A stretch of DNA of 64,000 nt. Origin: an uncultured Candidatus Rokubacteria bacterium (GTDB lineage: Bacteria > Methylomirabilota > Methylomirabilia > Rokubacteriales > CSP1-6). The notes beneath the pieces were generated by a model. The model saw nothing but the letters and a program-made list of their open reading frames with translations, ran no database searches and was not told the origin of the DNA. How positions within the stretch are numbered: the stretch's first letter is position 1; each line of letters opens with the position of its first letter. The stretch covers positions 1 to 64,000 of the forward strand of contig CAVXJS010000008.1 of the NCBI GenBank assembly GCA_963762145.1, given 5' to 3'. Both the position numbers and the translations under genes were made by a program. This document shows positions 39,213 through 49,027 of this stretch, one piece after another.

Positions 39213-39986
39213 GTGATCCAACTCTTCGCGCTCTGCGGCGGGTACATCGAGCTGGACCGGGCCAGCATGCTGGACGACCTCCCGGCGGGACAGCCCTGGA
39301 CGGTGCCGGTGATGACCTTCCTGGTCGCCCACCCGCGCGGGCGGCTTCTCTTCGACACCGGCATTCACGCCCAGGCCCGCCTGGATCCGATCGGGCGCAT
39401 GGGCGCCGAGCGGGCCAAGCGGCTCGCGGTGAAGTCGAAGGAGGGAGAGGACGTGGTGCCCCAGCTCGCGCTCCTCGGGCTCCGGCCCGACGACGTCACC
39501 TACGTGGCCAACTCGCACCTGCACTTCGACCACTGCGGCGGCAACGAGTTCTTCCCGCGCGCGACCTTCCTGGTGCAGAAGGCGGAGATGGACGCGGCGC
39601 GGCGGCCCGGCTTCGCCCCCGGCTACAACCCGAGCCCGATCGATTTCGACCATCCCCTCGACTACCGGCTCATCGACGGCGAGCACGACGTCTTCGGTGA
39701 CGGCAGCGTGATCCTCTTCCCCACCTTCGGCCACACGCCCGGGCACCAGTCCCTCCGCGTGCGCCTGGGCAAGGGGGCGGACATGGTCTGCGCCGCCGAC
39801 GCGTGCTACACGCGGGAGAACATGGATCGGGACGTGCTGCCGCGCATCCTCTGGAACGGCCCGATCATGCGGGAGTCGCTCGCCGCCCTCCGGCGCCTGC
39901 GGGACCAGGCGGGCGCCACCGTGTTCTTCGGTCACGATCCCGCGCAGTGGCAGGCGACGCCGCAGGCGCCTGCCGCCATCGCCTAG
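39213..39986 (+). CDS. N-acyl-homoserine-lactonase-like metallo-beta-lactamase
   Basis: LFDTG, SHLHFDHCGG, GHTPGHQS, AD, FGHD. Confidence 0.85.
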   Translation: MIQLFALCGGYIELDRASMLDDLPAGQPWTVPVMTFLVAHPRGRLLFDTGIHAQARLDPIGRMGAERAKRLAVKSKEGEDVVPQLALLGLRPDDVTYVANSHLHFDHCGGNEFFPRATFLVQKAEMDAARRPGFAPGYNPSPIDFDHPLDYRLIDGEHDVFGDGSVILFPTFGHTPGHQSLRVRLGKGADMVCAADACYTRENMDRDVLPRILWNGPIMRESLAALRRLRDQAGATVFFGHDPAQWQATPQAPAAIA

Positions 39987-39999
39987 CCCGACGCCGCCG

Positions 40000-40839
40000 G
40001 TGCTCGCCACCCTGCTCGACGGGCTCACGTTCCCCGAGGGGCCCCGCTGGCACGACGGCCGCCTCTGGTTCTCGGACTTCTACACCCACCGAGTGCTGGC
40101 TGTCTCGCCTGACGGGACCGTAGAAACCATTCTGGAAATCCCGCAGCGCCCGTCGGGCCTCGGCTGGACGCCGGACGGGGCCCTGCTCGTGGTGTCCATG
40201 CTCGACCGCCGCGTGCTGCGCGTGGAGAACGGCGCGACGCGCGTGCTCGCCGATCTCTCCGCGGTCGCGACCGGGCCGTGCAACGACATGGTGGTGGACG
40301 GCCGGGGCCGGGCCTACGTCGGCAACTTCGGCTACGACCGGCACAAGGGTGAGCCGCCGCGGACCACGTGCCTGGCGCGGGTGGATCCGGACGGCCGCGT
40401 CACCCGCGCGGCCGAGGACCTCTTCTTCCCCAACGGCACCGTCATCACCCCCGACGGCCGCACCATGATCGTCGGCGAGACGCAGGGGCACCGCCTCACC
40501 GCCTTCGACGTGGCGCCCGACGGCACGCTGAGCAACCGGCGCGTGTGGGCGCAATTCGAGGACGCGGTCTTCCCCGACGGCATCTGCCTCGACGCCGAGG
40601 GGGCGATCTGGGTCTCCGACGCGCGCGGATCGGCGCTGCTGCGGGTGCGCGAGGGCGGGAAGATCGACGGCACCGTCTCCACCGGAAGCCGGTACGCCTT
40701 CGCCTGCATGCTCGGCGGCGCCGACCGGCGCACCCTGTTCGTCTGTACCAGCACCGGCAGCGGGCCGGGGATGGCCGACAAGCGCGACGGCGCGATCGAG
40801 ACCGTCCGCGTGGACGTGCCCGGCGCGGGGCGCCCCTGA
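40000..40839 (+). CDS. SMP-30/gluconolactonase-family protein
   Basis: FPEGPRW, NDMVVD..G..Y, FPNG, PDGICLDAEG. Confidence 0.9.
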   Translation: MLATLLDGLTFPEGPRWHDGRLWFSDFYTHRVLAVSPDGTVETILEIPQRPSGLGWTPDGALLVVSMLDRRVLRVENGATRVLADLSAVATGPCNDMVVDGRGRAYVGNFGYDRHKGEPPRTTCLARVDPDGRVTRAAEDLFFPNGTVITPDGRTMIVGETQGHRLTAFDVAPDGTLSNRRVWAQFEDAVFPDGICLDAEGAIWVSDARGSALLRVREGGKIDGTVSTGSRYAFACMLGGADRRTLFVCTSTGSGPGMADKRDGAIETVRVDVPGAGRP

Positions 40840-40864
40840 CCTCCTCACGAAAGGCTGGCCTGCC

Positions 40865-41698
40865 ATGACCACGACAACCGCAGCGACGCGGCCCGACGAC
40901 GATCCGGGACTGACGGGACGGGTGGCCATCGTCACCGGCGGCGGGGCCGCCGGCGACGGCATCGGCAATGGCCGCGCGGCCTGCATCCTGCTGGCCCGTA
41001 GTGGGACCAACGTTTTGGTCGTCGACCGCGACGAGGGCCTCGCCAAGCGCACCGTCGAGATGATCGGCGCCGAGGGCGGGAAGGCCTCCGCGCTCTCGGT
41101 GGACGTCACCGACGAGGCGCAGTGCGCGGCGATGGCGCGCGAGGCGGTCGCCCGCTACGGCCGGCTCGACTTCCTGATCAACAACGTGGGCATCGGCAGC
41201 AAGGGGAGCGTGGTGGAGGAGAAGCCCGACACCTGGCGGCGGGTGATGCAGGTCAACGTCGAGACCATGTTCCTCGCCTCCAAGGCCGCGATCCCCGAGA
41301 TGATCCGCACCGCCCAGGGCGGCGCCATCGTGAACATCTCGTCGATCTCGGCGCTCCGTCCGCGCGGTCTCACCACCTACTCGGCCTCGAAGGGCGCGGT
41401 GATCGCGTTGAGCCGAGCCATGGCGGTGGACCACGGCCCCGACGGCATCCGGGTCAACTGCATCGCCCCCGGCCCGGTCTACACCCCGATGGTCTACGCG
41501 CGCGGCATGAGCCCGGAGGCGCGCGATCAGCGGCGCCGCGCCTCCGTCCTCGCCCGCGAGGGCACCGGCTGGGACATCGGCCAGGCCGCGCGCTTCCTGC
41601 TGTCGGGCCACGCCCGCTACATCACCGGCCATGTGCTGGTGGTGGACGGCGGCGCCACCCTGGTCGGGCCCGCCCGCGAGTCCCAGACCGAGCACTGA
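40865..41698 (+). CDS. Short-chain dehydrogenase/reductase
   Basis: VTGG....GIG, NNVG, YSASK, IRVNCIAPG. Confidence 0.92.
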   Translation: MTTTTAATRPDDDPGLTGRVAIVTGGGAAGDGIGNGRAACILLARSGTNVLVVDRDEGLAKRTVEMIGAEGGKASALSVDVTDEAQCAAMAREAVARYGRLDFLINNVGIGSKGSVVEEKPDTWRRVMQVNVETMFLASKAAIPEMIRTAQGGAIVNISSISALRPRGLTTYSASKGAVIALSRAMAVDHGPDGIRVNCIAPGPVYTPMVYARGMSPEARDQRRRASVLAREGTGWDIGQAARFLLSGHARYITGHVLVVDGGATLVGPARESQTEH

Positions 41699-41712
41699 GC
41701 AAGGAGATCACG

Positions 41713-42648
41713 ATGCGCTTCGGCATGTTCACGAGCATGGGCAACCAGACGTGGCCGGCGGTGCTGGAGATGTGGAAGCACGCGGAGGCCACGAAGTGGG
41801 ACGTGGCCTGCGTGACCGACCACTTCATGCCGAACACGAAAGAGCGCGAGGGCGCGATGCTGGAGGGCTGGAGCACGCTCACCGCGCTCTCCACGCTGGT
41901 CCCGCGCATCCAGGTCGGCACGATCGTGCTCGGCAACACCTATCGTCACCCCGCGGTGGTGGCCAAGATGGCCGCGCAGGTGGATATCATCTCGGGCGGG
42001 CGGCTCCTGCTCGGGCTCGGCGCGGGCTGGCAGGAGAACGAGCACGAGGCCTACGGCATCCCGTTCTACACGATGCGCGAGCGCCTGGAGCGTCTCGACG
42101 AGGCCTGCCAGGTGATGAAGTCGCTGTGGACGCAGGACCGCAGCAACTTCAAGGGCCGCTACTACACGCTCTCCGACGCCCCGCTCCAGCCCAAGGCGGT
42201 GCAGAAGCCGCACCCCGAGCTGATGATCGGCGGCGGCGGCGAGAAGGTGACGCTCCTCACGGTGGCCCGCCACGCGGATCACTGGAACGTCTGGGGCGGG
42301 CCCAAGGTGCTGGCCCACAAGGGCCGCATCCTGGACGAGCACTGCGGCCGCGTGGGCCGCGACCCGAAGACCATCCGCCGCTCGGCCAACATGGCGCTGC
42401 TGATCACCGACAAGAAGGCGGAGGTGGACGCGCTCGCCGAGACGATCGGCACCCGCATGGGCCGCCACGCCGCGGACGCGCGCGACACCTGCCTGGCCGG
42501 CACCCCCGAGCAGATCCGGGCCACGCTGGCCGAGCTGCGGGCCGCCAAGGTGGACACCCTGTTCGTCCCGACCCTGTTCCGGCCCCTGCCCGAGCTGCGC
42601 CGGGACCTGGACCGCTTCATCGCGGAGATCGCGCCCGCGTTTCGCTGA
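41713..42648 (+). CDS. LLM-class, probably F420-dependent oxidoreductase (TIGR03560-like)
   Basis: DHFMP, NTYRHPAVVAKMAAQVDIISGGRLLLGLGAGW, IGGGGEK. Confidence 0.88.
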   Translation: MRFGMFTSMGNQTWPAVLEMWKHAEATKWDVACVTDHFMPNTKEREGAMLEGWSTLTALSTLVPRIQVGTIVLGNTYRHPAVVAKMAAQVDIISGGRLLLGLGAGWQENEHEAYGIPFYTMRERLERLDEACQVMKSLWTQDRSNFKGRYYTLSDAPLQPKAVQKPHPELMIGGGGEKVTLLTVARHADHWNVWGGPKVLAHKGRILDEHCGRVGRDPKTIRRSANMALLITDKKAEVDALAETIGTRMGRHAADARDTCLAGTPEQIRATLAELRAAKVDTLFVPTLFRPLPELRRDLDRFIAEIAPAFR

Positions 42649-42708
42649 GCCTCCAGGTAGGCTGCCCTGCAGGTAGGCTGAGGGCCGGGGCCGAGGCATA
42701 CTGAGCTC

Positions 42709-45700
42709 GTGACCCGACGCCGTCTGCTCGTCTCCGTCGCGGTCGTCCTGCTCGCCACGCTCGTGGTGACGGCGACCGCGCTCTGGCTCGCGCTGCCGAG
42801 CCTGGCCCGCTGGGCGCTGGTCCGGCAGGTCGCGGCCCAGGCCGGCCGCACGCTCACGATGCGGGAGTTCACCCTCGACCTGCGCGGCGGCCACCTGCGC
42901 ATCACCGGTCTCCGGCTCGACGACCGCGAGCCCGGCCCGCCGCTCGCCGAGCTCGACCGGCTCGAGGTCCGCTTCCGCCCGAGCACGCTGCTGCGCGGCC
43001 ACCTCTGGATCGAGGAGCTCGCGCTCGACAATCCCCGCGTGCGTATCGTTCGGACCGCGCGCGGAGTCCTGAACATCTCCGATCTCCTGGAGCCGTCCGG
43101 GCCCCGGAAGAGGACGGCCGCCGTCACCCTCGATCGCTTGGCGTTGACCGGTGGCGCGATCGTGTTCGAGGACCGCACGCTGACTCCGCCCCGCACCTGG
43201 CGGGCCGAGGCGCTGGCCGTCGAGGCGGCTCTGCTCTCCACCGTGAACCCCGAGCCGCGCGGCCACGGCCGGCTCACCACGAAGGTGGCGGGCGCCCCGC
43301 TGTTGGTCGAGATGTCCGAGGTGCGCCTCGCCCCGATGCACGGGCGCGTGCGGGTCAACTTGAGCAACATGGACGCGACCCTCGCCAACCTGTACCTGTC
43401 GGCCGACACCGCGGTCGTGCTCGAGCGCGCCCTCGTCTCGGCCGGGCTCACCATCACTGCGGACGCGCAGGACGGGCTTCGGCTCGACGGCCAGGCCCGG
43501 CTCGACAACGTGACGGTGCGCCGCCGCGGCGCGGACACCTCGCTGGTAACCGTGCCGTCGCTGACCTTCGTGCTGACCACCGTGAACGGCGCGGACGGGC
43601 GGCCGCGCGGCCACGTCGAGGTCGTCGGCCGTGCCACCGTGCACGATCCGCGGCCCGGCCAGACCAATCGCTTCGAGCTGGACCGCATCAAGCTGGTGAT
43701 GGACGGCCTGGACGCTTCGGGGCGGGCGCCCGCCCAGGTCGCGCTCACCGCGACGCTGCCGGGCGGCGGCGCGCTCGACGTGCAGGGCACCGCGCGCTCC
43801 ACCCCCCTCGGGTCGACCCTGCGCGCGCGGATCAGCCGCGTGGACCTGGCCTTCTGGGCGCCCTATCTCGACCTGCCGCTTCAGTTCAACGGCATGATCG
43901 AGACCGACCTCACGGTGGACGTCACCGGCCCGGCCGCCGGAGCGGCAGGCGGCGTCACGACACGCGTCCGCGGGCGCGCCACCCTCAACGACGCCACCGT
44001 CTTCGGGCCCCGGGGCATCGACGCACCGACTCCCGACGCCGCCCCCGCCGGCGTCGCGCCGGCGGACCGGACGCGCGAGGGCCGACGCCGGCTCCTCGCC
44101 GCCGAGCGGATGGAGCTGACCGGGCTCGACGCGCAGTGGCCCAAGGTGCGCATCGAGCGCCTCCGTCTGGCCCGGCCGCGGGTGACCATCGAGCGGGACC
44201 GCACGGGGCACTTCCCGATCGTGGACGTGGTGCAAGCGCTCCGGCCCAGGCCGGCGGCCACGCCGTCGGCCGCCCCCGCCGCCAGGCCGCCGGGAGCGAC
44301 CACCGGCGCGCTCGCGCTCGAGATCGGCGAGGTCGCGGTCGAGCAGGGCCGGGTCCGCTTCGACGATGCCACGGTCGCGCCCATCGCGCGCCTGCGGATC
44401 GAGCCGATCGCGCTCACCGCGAACGCCGTCACCTGGCCGGAGGGCCGGCCCGGCCGGGTCAAGCTCACCGCCGGCACGCCCGAGGCCGGCACGGTCGATG
44501 CCGAGGGCACCGTCGCGCTCGACCCCGTCCGCTTCGAGCTCCGCGCGCGCGCCACCGGCGTCGCGCTCGCGCCGTACCGCGCCTACGTGCCGCTGAGCGC
44601 GCGCCTGCAGGGCCGGCTCGAGGCGGACCTGACGCTCAAGGGCCAGCTCGGCGAGCCGATGCAGCTCAACGCCCGCGGCACCACCGCGCTCGTCGACGTC
44701 TCCTTCTCCGACGGTGATCGGCCCGTGCTCACCGTCGGCCGGATCGAGACGAGCGGCGTCGACTACACCTGGCCCGCCACCGCCGTCATCGAGCGCGTGC
44801 ACATGAAGAAGTCGTGGGTGCACATCGAGCGGCGGCCCGACGGTACCCTGCCGATCACGACCCTGTTCGCCCCGCCGCGCCCGGCGGCGGGCGCGGGCCC
44901 GGCCGCCCCCGCGCCCGCCGCGGCCCCGCCGCCCGGAGCGGCGCCCACCCCGCCGGCGACCGCCGACGCGATCAAGCCGGCCGTGACCGTACGGGAGACC
45001 ATCTTCGAGGACGGCAGCGCGACGATCACGGACGCGGCGGTGAGCCCGGTCGCGCGCCTCGAGGTGACCGGCGCGCGCCTGTCCTCGCGCGATTTCCAGT
45101 GGCCTGCCCGCGGGCCGATCCCGGTGCAGCTCGACATGTCCGCGCCGGGGTCCGGAACGATCAGCTCGAAGGGGCAGCTCGACCTCACGACCCGGACGAT
45201 CGAGGCCCAGGTCACGCCGCGCGGCGTGGATCTCTCGCCGGCGCGGCCCTACCTGCCGCTGCGTGGGCGGATCGCGGGCAAGGCGAGCGGGGACCTACTC
45301 GTGAAGGCGACGCTCGAGCCGCTCGCGATCACCGCGCGCGGCACGGCCACGCTGGCCGACCTGGCCGTGGCCGACGGCGACCGGCCGGTGGCCACCGCGG
45401 CCCGGCTCGAGACCACCGGGATCGACTACACGTGGCCGGCGACCGTGGTGGTGGAGGCCGTGCGGCTGCAGAAGCCGTGGGCCCAGATCGAGCGCGCGGC
45501 CGACGGAAGCTTCCCCATCGCCGCGCTGCTCACCCCGCCGCCCGCCCCGTCGGCGCCGAAGACGCCCCAGCCCAAGCCGGAGCCGAAGGTCGACGTCCGC
45601 GTGCGCCGCGCCGCGATCGAGGACGGCGTGATCGCGATCGTGGATGGCGCGGTGAGCCCGCCGGGCCGCATCCAGCTCCAGGGCGCGAGCCTTCAGATCG

Positions 45701-47400
45701 AGAACATCGGCTGGCCGGCGCGCGAGGCCTCCCAGGTGAAGCTGCGCACGCAGACCGCCACCGGCGGACATCTCGAGGCCCAGGGGCAGCTTCGCGTGGA
45801 CACCCAGACGGTGGACATGCAGATCGCGGCCAAGCAGCTCGACCTGGCGACGATGCAGGCCTTCCTGCCCTCGCGCGGCACCATCGAGGGCAAGATGGAC
45901 GCCGACCTGCGCGTGCGGGGCACGCTGGCGCCCCTGTCCGTCGCGGCCACCGGCCGGCTCGCCTTCGACGACCCCACCTTCGGTGACGGGCAGCGCATGC
46001 TCGCCTACATCAAGCGGGTGGACGTGGCCCGTCTCGACGCGGACTGGCCGCGCCGCGTGACGGTCGAGCGCGTCGCCGTCGACAAGCCGTGGCTCCTCCT
46101 CGAGCGCGAGACCGACGGCACGGTGCCGCTGCTCGGCCTCCTGGTGGCGAGCCCGTCCACCCCGAAGACCGCGCCAGCGCCGCCCGGTCCGGCGGCGCCC
46201 GCGCCACGCGACCGGGTCGCGGCCGCGCCGGGCGCCCCGACGGGCGCCGCCACGCCGCCACCCGTGGTCAGGGTCGGCGCGCTCGCGGTGGAGGAGGGCT
46301 TCGTGCGGTTCGTGGATCGCTCCACCACGCCGGCCTTCGTCGAGGAGGCCTCCCGCATTGCGCTGACCGGCCGTGGGCTCGGGACCGCGCCCGACAGCCG
46401 CGGCCAGGTGGCCATGAACGGGCGGCTCACCGGCGGCGCGCCCTTCGAGATCAAGGGCACGCTGGGCGCGATCGGCGGCCCGCTCAACCTCGAGCTCGAC
46501 GGCAAGCTGAGCGACTTCCCGCTCACGCGCGTGAATCCCTACAGCAACAAGCTCATCGGCTGGGTCGCGCGGCGCGGCGCGTTCGGCGCCACCGTGCACT
46601 ATCGGGTGGTGAACGACCGGATCGAGGCCACCAACGACCTGCTCATCGGCCAGCCCGAGTACGCCCCGTCGCGCAGCGGTGACGAGGTTCGCGACCGGGT
46701 CGGGGTGCCCTTCGGCATGCTCGTCTCCCTGCTCAAGAACGTGCGCGGGGAGATCAAGCTCGAGGTGCCGCTCTCGGGCGACCTCGCGTCGGGCCAGTTC
46801 GATCTGAGCGACGCGTTCTGGGCCGCGATGCGCAAGACCGCGGTCAGCGTGATGGCCCTGCCGCTCAGCTGGGTGGGCAAGATCTTCTACACCGAGGACG
46901 CGCGGATCGAGACGGTGCAGATCTGGCCGGTCTACTTCGAGGCGGGCACCACCCGCATCACGCGCGACTTCGAGCAGCACGCCGAGCGGCTCGCCGGCTT
47001 CCTGCGGGAGGCGCCAGGGGTGACGCTGGCCATGAAGCCCGTCCACACCGTGGAGGACATCGTGGCGCTCAAGCGCGCGGCGGTGCGCCAGCGCATCGAC
47101 GCGGGCGCCCGCGAGCCGGGGCAGACCGCGGAGGCGGTCACGGCGCGGCTCTTCGCGGAGCGCTATCCCGGTCAGCCCGCGCCGTCGGGGCTGGAGGCGC
47201 TCGTGACCGAGCTGGTGAAGGCCGAGCCGAATCCGGACGCGGCGGCCCGCACCCTCGCGACCCAGCGCATGGAGATCACCCGCACCCGCCTGCAGGCCGC
47301 CAAGGGAAGCGCCAACGCCGAGCGCCTGCGCGCCACCGAGGGCGTGGTCCCGGTCGAAGCCTCCGGCCAGGGCCGAGTCGAATTCGAGATCGTCCCCTGA
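42709..47400 (+). CDS. Large DUF748/AsmA-like envelope protein (1563 aa)
   Basis: N-terminal TM anchor, repeated beta-rich modules, VPFGMLVSLLKNVRGEIKLEVPLSGDL, OmpA-like tail. Confidence 0.85.
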   Translation: MTRRRLLVSVAVVLLATLVVTATALWLALPSLARWALVRQVAAQAGRTLTMREFTLDLRGGHLRITGLRLDDREPGPPLAELDRLEVRFRPSTLLRGHLWIEELALDNPRVRIVRTARGVLNISDLLEPSGPRKRTAAVTLDRLALTGGAIVFEDRTLTPPRTWRAEALAVEAALLSTVNPEPRGHGRLTTKVAGAPLLVEMSEVRLAPMHGRVRVNLSNMDATLANLYLSADTAVVLERALVSAGLTITADAQDGLRLDGQARLDNVTVRRRGADTSLVTVPSLTFVLTTVNGADGRPRGHVEVVGRATVHDPRPGQTNRFELDRIKLVMDGLDASGRAPAQVALTATLPGGGALDVQGTARSTPLGSTLRARISRVDLAFWAPYLDLPLQFNGMIETDLTVDVTGPAAGAAGGVTTRVRGRATLNDATVFGPRGIDAPTPDAAPAGVAPADRTREGRRRLLAAERMELTGLDAQWPKVRIERLRLARPRVTIERDRTGHFPIVDVVQALRPRPAATPSAAPAARPPGATTGALALEIGEVAVEQGRVRFDDATVAPIARLRIEPIALTANAVTWPEGRPGRVKLTAGTPEAGTVDAEGTVALDPVRFELRARATGVALAPYRAYVPLSARLQGRLEADLTLKGQLGEPMQLNARGTTALVDVSFSDGDRPVLTVGRIETSGVDYTWPATAVIERVHMKKSWVHIERRPDGTLPITTLFAPPRPAAGAGPAAPAPAAAPPPGAAPTPPATADAIKPAVTVRETIFEDGSATITDAAVSPVARLEVTGARLSSRDFQWPARGPIPVQLDMSAPGSGTISSKGQLDLTTRTIEAQVTPRGVDLSPARPYLPLRGRIAGKASGDLLVKATLEPLAITARGTATLADLAVADGDRPVATAARLETTGIDYTWPATVVVEAVRLQKPWAQIERAADGSFPIAALLTPPPAPSAPKTPQPKPEPKVDVRVRRAAIEDGVIAIVDGAVSPPGRIQLQGASLQIENIGWPAREASQVKLRTQTATGGHLEAQGQLRVDTQTVDMQIAAKQLDLATMQAFLPSRGTIEGKMDADLRVRGTLAPLSVAATGRLAFDDPTFGDGQRMLAYIKRVDVARLDADWPRRVTVERVAVDKPWLLLERETDGTVPLLGLLVASPSTPKTAPAPPGPAAPAPRDRVAAAPGAPTGAATPPPVVRVGALAVEEGFVRFVDRSTTPAFVEEASRIALTGRGLGTAPDSRGQVAMNGRLTGGAPFEIKGTLGAIGGPLNLELDGKLSDFPLTRVNPYSNKLIGWVARRGAFGATVHYRVVNDRIEATNDLLIGQPEYAPSRSGDEVRDRVGVPFGMLVSLLKNVRGEIKLEVPLSGDLASGQFDLSDAFWAAMRKTAVSVMALPLSWVGKIFYTEDARIETVQIWPVYFEAGTTRITRDFEQHAERLAGFLREAPGVTLAMKPVHTVEDIVALKRAAVRQRIDAGAREPGQTAEAVTARLFAERYPGQPAPSGLEALVTELVKAEPNPDAAARTLATQRMEITRTRLQAAKGSANAERLRATEGVVPVEASGQGRVEFEIVP

Positions 47401-47402
47401 TC

Positions 47403-47486
47403 GGGGTCAGGTCTTGAATTACGACATTTCAACCCGGCCCGGCCCCACGTCTCCTCAGGGAATGTCGTAATTCAAGACCTGACCCC
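47403..47486. repeat. Perfect 26-bp inverted repeat, second REP-like family
   Basis: ggggtcaggtcttgaattacgacatt (47403-47428), 32 nt spacer, aatgtcgtaattcaagacctgacccc (47461-47486). Confidence 0.92.
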
Positions 47487-48077
47487 AAACTGCGGGTTGT
47501 CGGTGCGGTCGATGAGGGACTCGGGGCCCTCGGTGGGCAGGGCCTCGGCGTAGTTCTGGGCCGCGTCGATGTCCTGCTCCCAGACGTCGCGCGGCAGCTC
47601 GTAGAGGACCTCGATCCCGTGGCCGTCCGGGTCCGAGATGTACACGCTGTGGGTCATGCCGTGGTTGATACGCCGGTGAAACGTGACGCCCTTGGCCTGC
47701 AGGAACTCGAGCTGCTTGAGCCACGACTCGCGATCGGGCCAGGCGATGGCCACGTGGTTGAGGCCGACCTTGGGCCCCATCAGGCTCCACGTCTCGGGCG
47801 CGCCCTCCGCCACCGCCCCGTCCTTGCGCGGCACCTCGGCGAGGGCCAGGTCGTGGTGCGAGACATCGCCGTTGTCGGCGACGCCGCTGTAGAAGCGCAT
47901 CTTCGGCCGGACCTTCCCGGGCTGGGGCTTGAGCTCCGCCACGCACCGGAAGCCCACGATCTCGGTCCAGAAGCGGTGCGAGACCTCGATATCCCGCACG
48001 TTGAGCACGATGTGGTTCACGCCGCGCGGCGTCTGGGCGCTCCCGGCGGCACGAACGTCCGATTCGGTCTTGGCCAT
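47472..48077 (-). CDS. VOC/glyoxalase-family protein
   Basis: GVNHIVLNVRD, HHDLAL, GLNHVAI, HGMTHSVYISDPDGHGIEV. Confidence 0.88.
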   Translation of the reverse strand: MAKTESDVRAAGSAQTPRGVNHIVLNVRDIEVSHRFWTEIVGFRCVAELKPQPGKVRPKMRFYSGVADNGDVSHHDLALAEVPRKDGAVAEGAPETWSLMGPKVGLNHVAIAWPDRESWLKQLEFLQAKGVTFHRRINHGMTHSVYISDPDGHGIEVLYELPRDVWEQDIDAAQNYAEALPTEGPESLIDRTDNPQFGVRS

Positions 48078-48141
48078 GGCTCTCTCCTCGGCGGCGACTA
48101 TCGCCTGCCCGCCGATGATACCGTGCCGGGGCGCCCCTGCG

Positions 48142-49023
48142 CTAGGCGCGCAGCCGGGGGTCGAGCGCGTCGCGGATGGCGTCGCCCACGAAGTTGAGGC
48201 CGACCACGGTGATGAACAGCGCGGCGCCCGGCCCGAAGACGATCCAGGGCGCCTGCTGGAGATACCCCCGCCCCGCGTTGATCATGCTGCCCCAGGAGGC
48301 GGCCGGCGGCTGGATGCCCAGGCCCAGGAAGGACAGCGAGGCCTCGGCGAGGATCGCGAAGGCCACGCTCAGCGAGGCCTGGACCACGATGGGCGCGGTC
48401 GCGTTCGGCAGCACGTGCGACCAGGCGATGCGCCAGCCGGGCGCCCCGAGCGCGCGGGCCGCGTCCACGTAATCGCGCGCCATGATCGACAGCACCTGCC
48501 CGCGCATGAGCCGGGCGAACGTGGGCGTGTAGACCACGCCGAGCGCGATGACCACGCCGGTGAGCCCGGCCCCGAGCACCGCGCCCAGGGCCAGCGCCAG
48601 CACCAGCGGCGGGAACGAGAGCACCGCGTCCATCACCCGCATGACCAGGTTGTCCACCCGGCCGCCCGCGTAGCCGGCGAGCAGGCCGAGCAGCGCGCCG
48701 GCCAGCACCGCGATGGCCACCGAGCCGAAGCCGGCGACCAGCGAGACGCGCGTGCCCCAGATCACCCGCGAGAGCACGTCGCGGCCGACGTTGTCGGTGC
48801 CGAGGAAGTGCGTCCGGTCGGGGCGGGCGAGCGTGTTGTTGAGGTTCTGCTTGAGCGGATCGTAGGGCGCCACCAGCGGCGCGAGCAGCGCCGCCATGAT
48901 CGCCAGCAGCATCACCGCGGCGCCGAACGGGGCCAGGCGCGCCCGGGCCGCGCGGCGCAGGGTCTCCCAGCGCCGGTCACGGACCGAGCGGGACGGCGCG
49001 GACGCCACGAGGATGGTGGCCAC
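48142..49023 (-). CDS. Peptide/nickel ABC permease (DppC-like)
   Basis: LGTDNVGRDVLSR, DYVDAARALGA, EASLSFLGLG, GDAIRDALDPR. Confidence 0.93.
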   Translation of the reverse strand: MATILVASAPSRSVRDRRWETLRRAARARLAPFGAAVMLLAIMAALLAPLVAPYDPLKQNLNNTLARPDRTHFLGTDNVGRDVLSRVIWGTRVSLVAGFGSVAIAVLAGALLGLLAGYAGGRVDNLVMRVMDAVLSFPPLVLALALGAVLGAGLTGVVIALGVVYTPTFARLMRGQVLSIMARDYVDAARALGAPGWRIAWSHVLPNATAPIVVQASLSVAFAILAEASLSFLGLGIQPPAASWGSMINAGRGYLQQAPWIVFGPGAALFITVVGLNFVGDAIRDALDPRLRA

Positions 49024-49027
49024 GGCG

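Noticed and set aside
41617-47046. Long antisense ORFs (1068 aa, 583 aa and similar throughout the window)
   Set aside because: Shadow ORFs expected in high-GC DNA opposite real genes; no recognisable motifs
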